From IMG/VR virus record IMGVR_UViG_3300034107_000262, positions 610-64,609 of that record: a DNA stretch of 64,000 nucleotides. The stretch is one strand, 5' to 3'. A program made the translations under genes and the position numbers. Shown here piece after piece: positions 45,177-54,770 of the stretch. The notes under the pieces were generated by a model that saw only the letters and a program-made list of their open reading frames with translations, did not search any database and was not told where the DNA came from. Origin of the DNA: a virus (taxonomy: Duplodnaviria; Caudoviricetes). Position 1 is the stretch's first letter; the number at the start of each line of letters is the position of its first letter.

Positions 45177-46515
45177 TAATACTCCATTACTAGACTCAAT
45201 CATTCTCTCCTGCAAATCAAAAAACAATCTTGAAGATGCTAAGACATTTTTAATTATCGCAGCAAAAAACTGTAGTGATCTAGAACAATTAGATCATATT
45301 GCATATTTGCAGAGTGAGATTAAAGACTATAAAGGCTGTGTTGAAAGTCTAAAGTTGTGTCTATCTATGGCATACAACGACCGGTCAAAATTTGCTATTC
45401 GAGCCAATGCAGCAAAGATGTACAACCATCTCAATGAGCCAATGATGTCTCTTGCTTATTCTAAGATGAATAAGGAATATCAGTTTGATTACGATACACT
45501 TATGGAGATGTCGTTCTCATATTATCTAATGGGCAATTATGCAGAATCCGAAAAAATGATGCGTTCATTGGTAGCTGATCAAAATCTACCAGACGAAGTC
45601 CGAGGAAGAGTTGAATACAATCTTGGATCATATGATATCGAAAGAGGCAACTTCAAAAAAGGCTTAATAGGTTTTATTGACGTTGGACATAAAATCAAGA
45701 TATGGCATAACCGATATACTCCTAACATTCCGGTATGGGATGGTGAAGACGTCTCAGACAAAACTGTGATTATTCACGCCGAAGGCGGTATCGGTGATGA
45801 ACTAATCAATGTCAGATTTGTTAATAATCTAAAGAAACTCGGTGCTACTCCAATCTGGGTGTCTAATAATAGTGAGCTTGTGCATATTTTTAATCGTAAT
45901 GAAATTCAAAGTACTCAATCTCTTAAAGACATTGATATTTCAAACACTGTGCAGTGTATGGCAATGTATCTCCCTATCCTACTAGATTTGGATAAAGATC
46001 AACTTTGGTCCGGTCCTTATCTAAAACCATCAGATAAATATCTTGCTAAATGGCAAAAAATCTTACCTGAAGGTAAGAAGATAGCACTACGATGGTCTGG
46101 TGCACTTGTATATGATCAGAATCTGCATCGTAGTCTTACTTTAAAACATTATATGGATTTATTTGCTTCTACTCCAGATATTACATTTGTTTCAGTTCAA
46201 CGTGATTGTGATCTAGAGCAACTTAAAGATTATCCAAATGTATTAGATCTTAGCGATAAATTAGAAACCCTAGAAGATTTGTTAGCATGTATTTCATTAG
46301 TAGATCATACATTTTCTAGCTGTACTAGTACAGTGCATGTTGCTGGTTCTTTAGGCGCGAATGTAACAGTGTTTCCCCCTATTGCAGCGTACTATACCTG
46401 GCTGGGTAGAACCGACAATAAGTCAGACTGGTACGGTAATTCTGTTACTGTTATTAGACAACAAAAATTAAAAGATTATTCTCATCTTCAGAGTACTTTA
46501 CCTCTTACACTATAA
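45169..46515 (+). CDS. TPR-containing GT-B glycosyltransferase (GT9-like) 2
   Basis: WDGED, EGGIGDELINVRF, IALRWSG, HRSL, SSCTSTVHVAGSLG, WY..V..IRQ. Confidence 0.8.
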   Translation: MSSNTPLLDSIILSCKSKNNLEDAKTFLIIAAKNCSDLEQLDHIAYLQSEIKDYKGCVESLKLCLSMAYNDRSKFAIRANAAKMYNHLNEPMMSLAYSKMNKEYQFDYDTLMEMSFSYYLMGNYAESEKMMRSLVADQNLPDEVRGRVEYNLGSYDIERGNFKKGLIGFIDVGHKIKIWHNRYTPNIPVWDGEDVSDKTVIIHAEGGIGDELINVRFVNNLKKLGATPIWVSNNSELVHIFNRNEIQSTQSLKDIDISNTVQCMAMYLPILLDLDKDQLWSGPYLKPSDKYLAKWQKILPEGKKIALRWSGALVYDQNLHRSLTLKHYMDLFASTPDITFVSVQRDCDLEQLKDYPNVLDLSDKLETLEDLLACISLVDHTFSSCTSTVHVAGSLGANVTVFPPIAAYYTWLGRTDNKSDWYGNSVTVIRQQKLKDYSHLQSTLPLTL

Positions 46516-47327
46516 TGGAAAAAACTTATCATTTTTTATCTGGTTTACCTAGATCTGGATCTACTGTTCTTGCATCTATTCTAAATCAACATCCAGATGT
46601 TTATGTAACACCAACGAGTCCGATGCTCAATATTGCAGTAAAAATGCAAGAAGCCTGGCGAGAAGATCCAACAGTTAAAGCAAATTATTACGAAGAACAG
46701 ATTAATAATTTAACTAAAGCTATTCTTCCAGCTTTTTGGCAACATAGACCAGAATCAATTATCATAGATAAAGGAAGGGGTTGGGCTAAGAATATGCCCA
46801 ATGCTTCTACTTTATTTGGAAAGAAAATTAAAGCAATTGTAGTCGAAAGAGATTTACCAAGTATCATGGCAAGTTGGTTAACTTTAATTAAAAAACAAAA
46901 GAACTGTTATGTTGATAAAGTGTTATTGCAGAGAGGATACGCAATAACAGATGAAAATAGAATGGGTGAGATGTGGTTCAATATGGTAAAAGATTGTATA
47001 GAAGGATCTCGCCAAATACGTAAAGATGCACCAGATCAAATCATTATTATTAAATATGATGAACTAATGGGTAATGCTACAGCAACATTAAGCCGAATAG
47101 AAACGTTCTTACAACTTCCAAAATTTGAATATGATTTAAACAATATTCAAAATGATACTACTGATGATGATATGACTGCGTGGGGATTTGAAGGATTACA
47201 TACGATTAGACAAAAATTATCAAAGATATCTAATGATCCTAAAGAAATTTTAGGTAGTGAACTATATAATAGATTTGCTGAATTAGAAAAAGAATATATA
47301 TATGAAGATTCTAATAACAGGCTATAA
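46515..47327 (+). CDS. sulfotransferase family protein
   Basis: GLPRSGSTVL..ILNQHP (5'-PSB loop), DKGRGW, RDLPSIMAS, YDEL. Confidence 0.85.
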   Translation: MEKTYHFLSGLPRSGSTVLASILNQHPDVYVTPTSPMLNIAVKMQEAWREDPTVKANYYEEQINNLTKAILPAFWQHRPESIIIDKGRGWAKNMPNASTLFGKKIKAIVVERDLPSIMASWLTLIKKQKNCYVDKVLLQRGYAITDENRMGEMWFNMVKDCIEGSRQIRKDAPDQIIIIKYDELMGNATATLSRIETFLQLPKFEYDLNNIQNDTTDDDMTAWGFEGLHTIRQKLSKISNDPKEILGSELYNRFAELEKEYIYEDSNNRL

Positions 47328-48096
47328 AGGATTCATTGGCCAAAATATGGTCAAGTCATTAGAAACAGAGCATGAAGTAACTGGCTTTGAATGGGACGAG
47401 CCTTTTTCAATTCTAGGATTTGATTTAGTTATTCATTTAGGAGCTATCTCCTCTACTTCAGAAACTAATGTAGATAAAGTCATGCGACAGAACTATGATT
47501 TTTCTGTTCTACTAATAGAAACTTGTAATATGCTGGGGATAGACTTCCAATACGCATCTTCTGCTTCAGTATACGGGCTAGGTACAGAATTCAAGGAAAC
47601 TTCTTCTGTAGACCCTAGAACCCCATACGCTTGGTCTAAGTACATGTTTGATCGTTATGTTCAAAATAAGGTCTGGGATATTAAAGTACAGGGTTTCAGA
47701 TACTTTAATGTTTATGGGCCTCATGAAGATCACAAGGGAGATCAGGCTAGTCCTTATCATAAATTTACCAAGCAAGCTAAAACAACAGGTACAATTGTTT
47801 TATTTGAAGGATCTGATAACTTCAAAAGAGACTTCATACCTGTTAGCCAGGTTGTAGATACTCATAAAGCATTCTTTAGTATCAAAGAATCGGGTATTTG
47901 GAATCTTGGTACCGGAAATAGCAAGTCATTTTTTGAGGTTGCTGAAGAAGTATCAAAATTGTATAATGTACAATATAAATTTATCAAAATGCCAGAAATA
48001 TTTAAAAATAGCTATCAGAAGTATACCTGTTCTGATAATAGTAAGATAAATAACACACTGAAGGCAAAATATGTGGATCCTAAACTGGTTACCTGA
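47302..48096 (+). CDS. gmhD: ADP-L-glycero-D-manno-heptose-6-epimerase-like NAD-dependent epimerase
   Basis: ITG..GFIG, HLGAISST, YASSASVYG, YAWSK, RYFNVYGP.E.HKG.QAS, RDFI. Confidence 0.8.
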   Translation: MKILITGYKGFIGQNMVKSLETEHEVTGFEWDEPFSILGFDLVIHLGAISSTSETNVDKVMRQNYDFSVLLIETCNMLGIDFQYASSASVYGLGTEFKETSSVDPRTPYAWSKYMFDRYVQNKVWDIKVQGFRYFNVYGPHEDHKGDQASPYHKFTKQAKTTGTIVLFEGSDNFKRDFIPVSQVVDTHKAFFSIKESGIWNLGTGNSKSFFEVAEEVSKLYNVQYKFIKMPEIFKNSYQKYTCSDNSKINNTLKAKYVDPKLVT

Positions 48097-48478
48097 CTGG
48101 CTTTTCTATTTAATGTTTTTAGCAGGAGTATTATCTTTAGTAATCGGTAAGATACTTGCCAACCTACGGTTATACGCCTATCCAGCAGGTGTTGTGCTAA
48201 TAATTATGGGCACGTGGTACTCAGGTGGCATTGCTAAAGATAAAGAATGGAAAGAAAAAGTAGCAGAAGTAGAAGCTAAATTAGCTATTGCCCAACAAGC
48301 AAGTGCTGTAGTAAACGAAAAGATAATTACTAAGGTAATTACCAAAAATCAGATAATTAAACTACGTGGTGATGATATAGTAAAGTACATTGATAAGGAA
48401 GTTATCAAGTATGATAATACTTGCAAAATCCCTATTGAAGTAATTACTGTACATAACATGGCGGCTAAACATGATTAA
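48071..48478 (+). CDS. inner-membrane spanin (Rz-like)
   Basis: N-terminal TM helices followed by a coiled coil; adjacent to a lipoprotein and the endolysin. Confidence 0.7.
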   Translation: MWILNWLPDWLFYLMFLAGVLSLVIGKILANLRLYAYPAGVVLIIMGTWYSGGIAKDKEWKEKVAEVEAKLAIAQQASAVVNEKIITKVITKNQIIKLRGDDIVKYIDKEVIKYDNTCKIPIEVITVHNMAAKHD

Positions 48479-48725
48479 ATATATCGCTATTCTATTATTA
48501 ACTGGATGCGCTACGGCAGTACCTGTAAAGCAGGTATTTCCTAGCGTACCGGAAGAATTGTTAAAGCCATGTCCCGCCCTAACTACTATAGAGACTCAGG
48601 AGATTAAATTAAGCGAGTTATTAAATATTGTTAGCGCAAACTATACCAAGTACTACCAGTGTTCTAATGTATTAGAAGCATGGGCAACTTGGTATAAAGA
48701 AAATAAGAAAATAAGCGAGGAATAG
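48471..48725 (+). CDS. outer-membrane spanin lipoprotein (Rz1-like)
   Basis: Lipobox LLTGC; Pro-rich P..P..LL.PCP.L; NY..Y..C. Confidence 0.8.
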   Translation: MIKYIAILLLTGCATAVPVKQVFPSVPEELLKPCPALTTIETQEIKLSELLNIVSANYTKYYQCSNVLEAWATWYKENKKISEE

Positions 48726-48726
48726 T

Positions 48727-49344
48727 ATGTTTGATTTCACTCAAGATCATCTATCTCAATTACTACCAAGTAATCCCTATATTGAATACTGGCACTCTGC
48801 TTTAATGCAATGCTTGCCAGACTATGAGATTGATACTCCGCAGAGAGTAGCAGCCTTTATCGCTCAATGTTCGCATGAAAGTGGCGGATTTAAAGCCCTA
48901 AAGGAGAATCTTAATTACCGTGCTGAAACTCTATTAAAAGTATTCCCCAAGTACTTTTCTACTTTAGCTATTGCACAGCAGTACGCTCATAAGCAAGAAG
49001 CAATTGCTAATAAAGTATATGCTAATCGTATGGGCAATGGCCCTGAAGCTAGCGGAGATGGATTTAGTTATTGTGGACGTGGACTTATTCAATTAACTGG
49101 TAAGAGTAACTATACAGCATTCGCGGCTAGTATTGAAACTCCAGTAGAAGAAATACCTGAATTCTTAGGTACATTTGAAGGTGCTGTACAAAGTGCATGT
49201 TGGTTTTGGGAATCTAATAACTTAAATCAATATGCAGATGTAGGCGATATTTTAACTATGACCAAACGTATCAATGGGGGAACAATTGGATTAGAGGATC
49301 GTAAAAAACATTATCAACATGCACTGCATGTATTTGGGATATAA
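48727..49344 (+). CDS. GH19 family endolysin
   Basis: AAFIAQCSHESGGF..L.ENLNY, YANRMGN, GRGLIQLTG, SACWFW, TKRINGG..GL.DR. Confidence 0.92.
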   Translation: MFDFTQDHLSQLLPSNPYIEYWHSALMQCLPDYEIDTPQRVAAFIAQCSHESGGFKALKENLNYRAETLLKVFPKYFSTLAIAQQYAHKQEAIANKVYANRMGNGPEASGDGFSYCGRGLIQLTGKSNYTAFAASIETPVEEIPEFLGTFEGAVQSACWFWESNNLNQYADVGDILTMTKRINGGTIGLEDRKKHYQHALHVFGI

Positions 49345-49345
49345 T

Positions 49346-49873
49346 ATGGAAAAACCACTTTCTAGATCAGAACGCGAAGCACACATTAAAGACAAAGCCG
49401 GTTGGATTATCACTGTTCTTGCTGCTCTGTTGGCCATTACTATGCTTATTGGTGGGAGTAATAGTAGCAAAATTCTTAATAACACCCTAGCTATTAATGA
49501 TACTTGGGGATTTTATCAAGCTAAATCAATTAAGCAAACTATAAATGAAGTAGCAGGAGTACAGGCCGCTAATGGCGGAAATCTGGAGTTAGCTGAGAAA
49601 TACGCAGCAAAAGCTTTATCGTACGAAAGTGAACCTAAAACTGGAGAAGGTAAAGTAGAGTTAGCAATTAAAGCACGCGCACTGGAAGCAGAACGCAGCA
49701 TCGCTAAGTCTAAGAGCCCTTACTATACTTATGCCGGTAGTTTATTCCAGATCGCAATCGTACTACTAACCGCAAGTATTCTAGCTGTTAGTATGTCACT
49801 ATTCTGGGGTAGTCTAGCTGTTGGTAGTTTAGGCATCGCAATGCTAGTACAGGCAGTTTGGTTGCTAGTATGA
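49346..49873 (+). CDS. DUF4337-like membrane protein
   Basis: TM, ND.W.FYQAKSIKQ, coiled coil, LFQIAIVL plus TM. Confidence 0.65.
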   Translation: MEKPLSRSEREAHIKDKAGWIITVLAALLAITMLIGGSNSSKILNNTLAINDTWGFYQAKSIKQTINEVAGVQAANGGNLELAEKYAAKALSYESEPKTGEGKVELAIKARALEAERSIAKSKSPYYTYAGSLFQIAIVLLTASILAVSMSLFWGSLAVGSLGIAMLVQAVWLLV

Positions 49874-50256
49874 AGAAAGAAGATTGGTTACAGAATAGAT
49901 GGAGACCAGCTATTGCATGGCTCTACATGGCAGTATGTGCTTTCGACTTCATTATTGGGCCTATCTTCTTTACTATCGTACAATTCTGGGAAACCGCAGT
50001 TGCTAACGATGCTTTTAGACAGTGGGCTCCAATGACTCTACAAGGTGGTGGTTTATTCCACATATCTATGTGTGCAGTATTAGGAGTTTCAGCTCATGGG
50101 CGCACGCAAGAAAAATTGGCAGTTACTAATACTGCTTCATTAACCCCGACCCCCGTAGCTCCTACACCAGTAACTTACACACCAGTAGCAGCTCCAATGG
50201 TAGCTGTAGTAAACGGTAAACCTGCCCCCCCTAAACAAATCGACCCTATTTTATAA
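49870..50256 (+). CDS. holin-like membrane protein
   Basis: WRPAIAWLY..C.FDF, QW.P.TL.GGG.FH..M..VLG; two TM segments; ATGA-coupled. Confidence 0.6.
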   Translation: MKKEDWLQNRWRPAIAWLYMAVCAFDFIIGPIFFTIVQFWETAVANDAFRQWAPMTLQGGGLFHISMCAVLGVSAHGRTQEKLAVTNTASLTPTPVAPTPVTYTPVAAPMVAVVNGKPAPPKQIDPIL

Positions 50257-50264
50257 GGAATTAT

Positions 50265-50426
50265 ATGAAATTTCTAGCCACATTATTAGTAAGCCTTAGC
50301 TTACTAGCTCCTGCATACGCAGCAGTTGAAAAGAAGGCAGCCCCTGCAGCTTCTGCACCTAAAAAGGCTAAACCAGTAAAGATTCACAAGAAAGTAGAAG
50401 GCACAAAAGTGCCCGTCAAGAAGTAA
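50265..50426 (+). CDS. small secreted Lys/Ala/Pro-rich peptide (53 aa, absent from ORF track)
   Basis: AAGGA RBS; MKFLATLLVSLSLLAPAYA signal peptide followed by AVEKKAAPAASAPKKAKPVKIHKKVEGTKVPVKK. Confidence 0.65.
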   Translation: MKFLATLLVSLSLLAPAYAAVEKKAAPAASAPKKAKPVKIHKKVEGTKVPVKK

Positions 50427-50451
50427 TTTCATTAACTAACCGGGATAATTA

Positions 50452-51141
50452 ATGGCAACTAATAGTGGTAAAAAAGCCAGGCGTGTTACTGCAGTCGGGG
50501 ACACGTATAAAACTCAATCAGAATTCAGAGATGTAAAACCATTAAATTACATCCAAGAAACCTATCTAGAAGCTATCAAGAATAATGAAATTATTTTTGG
50601 TATTGGTTCAGCAGGTACAGGTAAGACCTATGTGGCAGCCTCATACGCTGCTGGCGAGTTATTTCACAGACGCGTGGAAAGAATTATTCTCACACGCCCC
50701 AATGTGGAAACTGGCCGCGGTTTAGGATTCTTACCTGGTACTCTAGAAGAAAAATATGCTCCATACTTAGAACCTTTTGACTCCGTATTTCATAAATCGC
50801 TGGGCACAGGATTTTATGAATATGCACTCAAGTCTAAGACTATCGATCCTAGACCCTTAGGATTTATGCGAGGAGCTACGTTTGACAATGCAATCGTTCT
50901 AGTGGACGAATGCCAGCAGATGACAAAACCTGAATTCCAGATGCTATTATCCCGCATCGGAAAAGGTACTAAGATTATTCTTAGCGGAGACCAGGATCAA
51001 TCAGATATTCCTGATTCAGGTCTCATGGATGCTGTTAAACGTCTAGAAGGCATTCCTGGAATCGAAGTAGTAAGATTCCTAGATTCAGATATTGTACGCA
51101 GTAAGATGTGTAAAGCTATAATCATAGCATACCGTAAATAG
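50452..51141 (+). CDS. phoH: PhoH family ATPase
   Basis: GSAGTGKT, IILTRP, LGFLPG, FMRG.TF, DECQ, SRIG, GD..QSD, DIVRS. Confidence 0.92.
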   Translation: MATNSGKKARRVTAVGDTYKTQSEFRDVKPLNYIQETYLEAIKNNEIIFGIGSAGTGKTYVAASYAAGELFHRRVERIILTRPNVETGRGLGFLPGTLEEKYAPYLEPFDSVFHKSLGTGFYEYALKSKTIDPRPLGFMRGATFDNAIVLVDECQQMTKPEFQMLLSRIGKGTKIILSGDQDQSDIPDSGLMDAVKRLEGIPGIEVVRFLDSDIVRSKMCKAIIIAYRK

Positions 51142-51150
51142 GAGACTAAC

Positions 51151-51531
51151 GTGGCAGAGACATATAAACCAACTGAAGGCATGGCTACTGCCGCAAAAAG
51201 AGCTTTAAAATGGCGTGAAGATGGCTTTCCTGGAGGCACCTTAGTAGGACTTGCGCGAGCCAATCAACTAAAAGACAGAGAACCTTTAAGTGCTAGTGTT
51301 GTGTTACGCATGTATAGCTTCTTCTCTAGACACGAAGTAGATAAACAAGCAACTGGATTTTCAAGTGGGGAAGAGGGTTTTCCCAGTAAAGGCAGAGTAG
51401 CTTGGGATTTATGGGGTGGCGACGGCGGATTTTCGTGGAGTACTCAAAAACGTGATCAAATCATGAGAGATAGAGAAAATGGTAAACAAATGGATACTGT
51501 AGCTCGACTATTTGCATATTTAGACGATTAA
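51151..51531 (+). CDS. conserved phage hypothetical protein
   Basis: GGAG RBS before GTG; P..M..AAKRAL.W...GGT.VG.ARA.QL...RM.SFF.RH...AW.LWGG motif. Confidence 0.7.
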   Translation: MAETYKPTEGMATAAKRALKWREDGFPGGTLVGLARANQLKDREPLSASVVLRMYSFFSRHEVDKQATGFSSGEEGFPSKGRVAWDLWGGDGGFSWSTQKRDQIMRDRENGKQMDTVARLFAYLDD

Positions 51532-51532
51532 T

Positions 51533-51569
51533 AAAAAGCCCGCAAGGTATTATCCTTAGCGGGCTTTTT
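51533..51569 (+). terminator. intrinsic terminator
   Basis: aaaaagcccgc...gcgggcttttt. Confidence 0.8.
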
Positions 51570-51602
51570 CACGTCCTTAAATTTTGATTAATAATTTTGG
51601 AG

Positions 51603-51631
51603 TTGACTTTTGATGGTACCTGTTATATAAT
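51603..51631 (+). promoter_or_regulatory. promoter of the 51.7-55.0 kb operon
   Basis: TTGACT, 17 bp, TATAAT. Confidence 0.75.
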
Positions 51632-51671
51632 ATACATATAAGATATTGGTATATAAAATAAAGGTATACAT

Positions 51672-52136
51672 ATGTTTCAAACTCAATCGCTTTTCCCCAC
51701 TACTGGCTTAATGGTTATGCCCGGTTTGACACAGGCACAAGGTTTATTTCCAATACAACCTATTTATGGTTCGGACGATGATATTACTGTTAACTTCTGT
51801 CCTATTCCGGGCCCACCAGGCCCACCAGGACCCCCGGGCCCACCCGGCCCGCCAGGTTCCTTATCGGATGTACCCGTTACACTAATCGACGAACCTACTT
51901 ATATTCCTAATGCTGATGAGTATTTTCTTGGCTGCATATATAATGGACAAGTAACCATTACTTTGCCGGCAGGTACTGTAGGCAAAGTTTATGTAATCAA
52001 AGATAGCGTTGGCGATGCTGCTAATAATCCTATTACTATAGTAGGATCAATTGATGGAGCCGCTAGCTATGTAATCAATATTGACTGGGCTAGTATTACT
52101 TTAGTTTTTAACGGTATAGAATGGAATGTAGTATGA
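51672..52136 (+). CDS. collagen (GPP)5 protein with C-terminal beta domain
   Basis: GPP x5; TITLPAG..GKVYVIKD..G.A..PITI..IDG....LVFNG.EWNVV. Confidence 0.7.
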   Translation: MFQTQSLFPTTGLMVMPGLTQAQGLFPIQPIYGSDDDITVNFCPIPGPPGPPGPPGPPGPPGSLSDVPVTLIDEPTYIPNADEYFLGCIYNGQVTITLPAGTVGKVYVIKDSVGDAANNPITIVGSIDGAASYVINIDWASITLVFNGIEWNVV

Positions 52137-52684
52137 GTTACTCAGCACCTTTAGCCTCAGCAACAGAATTTGGAGTAGCAAAAATAGGTACTGGCTTAAC
52201 TGCAACTAACGGTACTGTTTCTGCTACATTAGGTTTACTAAACTACGGCTTCTTCACTGACGGCACACAAACTAATCCGGTTGCAAATACAGTTAATCTT
52301 GTTACATTCAATATCACCGGGCCCACCAATGGCATTAGCATAGTTGGTGGTACTGATCTAACTGTTGACAATGCTGGCACCTATAACACTGTGTTTACAC
52401 TGAATGTGAACAAAACTTCTGCAGGCGCCAGTACCATTACAATTTGGATGCGCTTAAATGGAGTTGACATTGTGGGTTCAACCCAAGATTTAATCTTGAC
52501 TGGCGCGCTAGATACAATCTTTGTAACAGGAAACTTTACATTGAATATTCCTGCAGGCGGTAATATTGAAATGTGCTGGAGTAGTGCTGACACTACCATG
52601 CAATTACTTGCATTACCAGCAAGAGTTGCGCCCATTAGACCTTCAGGTGCTAGCGCAAAAGTAACACTAACTAGGATTTCATAA
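52133..52684 (+). CDS. BclA-C/C1q-like beta-sandwich protein
   Basis: ATGA coupling; PLASAT.FGV N-terminus; YG.F...V.F....GIS.....V..AGTY...F...IW.R.NG.DI.GS. Confidence 0.55.
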   Translation: MSYSAPLASATEFGVAKIGTGLTATNGTVSATLGLLNYGFFTDGTQTNPVANTVNLVTFNITGPTNGISIVGGTDLTVDNAGTYNTVFTLNVNKTSAGASTITIWMRLNGVDIVGSTQDLILTGALDTIFVTGNFTLNIPAGGNIEMCWSSADTTMQLLALPARVAPIRPSGASAKVTLTRIS

Positions 52685-52992
52685 TGTCACTTAATTTAGC
52701 TACAAGAATTGTTACTACAACTCCTTATAATATTGTTAATAGTGATACTGTAGTTTTTATAAACAGACCATCTGCTATTTCTTCAGTAGTATTACCTTCA
52801 ACAGGTATTGATGACGATGATAAGAAGCGTTCTTTTTATATAAAGGATTTTTCTGGAAATGCAGGAACATTTCCTATTACTATTACTTCAGCAGGTGGAA
52901 AAACTATAGATGGCGGAACTTTCGCCCTTATAAATGGTGGCTATGCATATGTACAAGTTATATATGATGGCACTAATTGGAAAATAATTTAA
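52684..52992 (+). CDS. small beta-domain protein, paralog of the 51672 C-terminus
   Basis: V.LP....FYIKD.SG.A...PITI...TIDG....YDGTNW. Confidence 0.6.
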   Translation: MSLNLATRIVTTTPYNIVNSDTVVFINRPSAISSVVLPSTGIDDDDKKRSFYIKDFSGNAGTFPITITSAGGKTIDGGTFALINGGYAYVQVIYDGTNWKII

Positions 52993-53002
52993 AGGAAACA
53001 AA

Positions 53003-53548
53003 ATGGCATATAATACTCCTCTAGCTTCAGCTACGCAATTTGGTGTAGTTGAAGTTGGCACAAACATTGACGTCGTAGCCGGCGTTATCGATCTACCCCA
53101 AAGTGTAGCAACTACTGCAAACCCAACGTTTGCAACCGTAACTAGCACAGGTGCAGTTACGGACACAGGTAATAGAGTTATCACAACTCTTACCGCAGGT
53201 ACTGGTATCACAATCACAGGAGTTGCTCCTAGTTTAACAATTAATGCGGATGTAACACCCATAGTACCTACTAGATTAGTAGCTGTTACTGGGCCTGTTC
53301 TAACCACGGATTACTATGTTGGTGTTATTGCAGTAGCTCCTGTAACACTAACCCTACCAGCAGGTGTAGCTGGAGATGAATATGTTATTAAATCTGAGTT
53401 TGGCAATTTGGGCAATGTAACAATTGTCGGCAATGCCGTAGCAGATACAGTTGAGGGTCTAGTTTCACCTGCAGGTTTTGTACTAGCTTTTGCAGCCAAT
53501 GCAAGTGCTACATTAATCTTCCGCGGTACAAACTGGAACGTAGTATAA
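53003..53548 (+). CDS. beta-rich structural protein, mosaic paralog
   Basis: N-terminus shared with 52133 (PLASAT.FGV); C-terminus shared with 51672 (TLPAG..G.EYVIK...FRGTNWNVV). Confidence 0.6.
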   Translation: MAYNTPLASATQFGVVEVGTNIDVVAGVIDLPQSVATTANPTFATVTSTGAVTDTGNRVITTLTAGTGITITGVAPSLTINADVTPIVPTRLVAVTGPVLTTDYYVGVIAVAPVTLTLPAGVAGDEYVIKSEFGNLGNVTIVGNAVADTVEGLVSPAGFVLAFAANASATLIFRGTNWNVV

Positions 53549-53599
53549 GTCGGCTTTTTAATTTAAAGTCTTTCTTAAATCAAAAAGTAAAGGAAGATA

Positions 53600-54766
53600 A
53601 TGTGGACACTAGAATCACCGGTAAGCACACTTACTAATAAAGTAGTCACCCCTACGGATGGCAAAATACAAGTAATGTCTACTGGTAATACAAAAGTAAC
53701 AGCTTTTATAAACGATGAAGAAGTAAGACCTCTAAGTCGTTTATGGGCAAGGGCAGGAGACTCTGTACACTTCGAGATCAAAGGAGATCGAAGTGCAGCT
53801 ACTACTGTAACAATTATGTATGGGGAAGGTACGAGCACTATTGAAGTGCCGGCACGTGGTCCCAAAATGTCAAATTCAGATGTATATGATGCATCAGCAA
53901 TCAACGAGGAAACTATTATGACACCAGCAGAAACAATCAATCTATTCGCCAACCCACAAGGTGGTAATATGGGCGGCGCTCTAGGCGGCGGTTTAGGAGC
54001 AGGACTAGTTGGCGGCCTATTAGGCACAATGCTATTCCGTAACGGCGGGCTTAACGGCGGCGCCGACGGCGGACCAGCGTCGCTACTTGGAGTTGAGTCA
54101 GTTGTCAACAACGCTGCGATTATGCAGAGTCTTGGAGATATTAAGGCTTCTGTACCTCTAGCAGAAGGCCAAATTCAACTAGCTCTAGCCGGAGCTCAGA
54201 TGGACATTAACAACCGTACTACAGCAAGTACAGGTTCAGTTATCGGTGCAATCTCATCATTTGAGAGCAACATCATGGCTAACCTAAATATGCAAACACA
54301 GATGAATCAAAAAGGATTCTCTGATAATGCAGCTACCACAGTAGCAGCCGCCCAAACTAACCTAATAGCTACCAAAGATGCTGCAACTCAAGCTCTACAA
54401 AGCTCATGGTTACTAAATCAAGCTATCGTTGCAGATGGCGATCGTACTCGCGCTCTAATCCAGTCTATCGACAAGACCAATGACAGCCGTGCACTAGTTG
54501 TTCTAGCTAATGAAGTTAGCGAACTACGTAACGAAGGCCGTTTAAACGCAGCCACAGGTAACATCACTATCAGCAACACAAATACTGCTAACGCAGTAGC
54601 TCAACAACAGCAAGCTCAGCAACAACAACAGCAATTAGCTGTTCTAGGTGCTAACATTGCTGCTTTATACTCACAAAACCAGCACATCCAACAAGGTGTT
54701 CTAAACATCGGTAGTGGTACAGTTAGTGGTAATTCACAAACTGCTGCTAACACTCGCGTAGCCTGA
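53600..54766 (+). CDS. Gly-rich hydrophobic plus Gln/Asn/Ala-rich coiled-coil protein; second in-frame start at 53918
   Basis: AAGGA RBS at 53600 and GAGGA RBS at 53918; GGGLGAGLVGGLLG segment; DGDRTRALI; poly-Q. Confidence 0.7.
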   Translation: MWTLESPVSTLTNKVVTPTDGKIQVMSTGNTKVTAFINDEEVRPLSRLWARAGDSVHFEIKGDRSAATTVTIMYGEGTSTIEVPARGPKMSNSDVYDASAINEETIMTPAETINLFANPQGGNMGGALGGGLGAGLVGGLLGTMLFRNGGLNGGADGGPASLLGVESVVNNAAIMQSLGDIKASVPLAEGQIQLALAGAQMDINNRTTASTGSVIGAISSFESNIMANLNMQTQMNQKGFSDNAATTVAAAQTNLIATKDAATQALQSSWLLNQAIVADGDRTRALIQSIDKTNDSRALVVLANEVSELRNEGRLNAATGNITISNTNTANAVAQQQQAQQQQQQLAVLGANIAALYSQNQHIQQGVLNIGSGTVSGNSQTAANTRVA

Positions 54767-54770
54767 TACT

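Noticed and set aside
6396-54111. Numerous antisense ORFs inside structural genes
   Set aside because: Explained by codon bias of Thr/Ala/Gly-rich sense genes; no RBS or motifs
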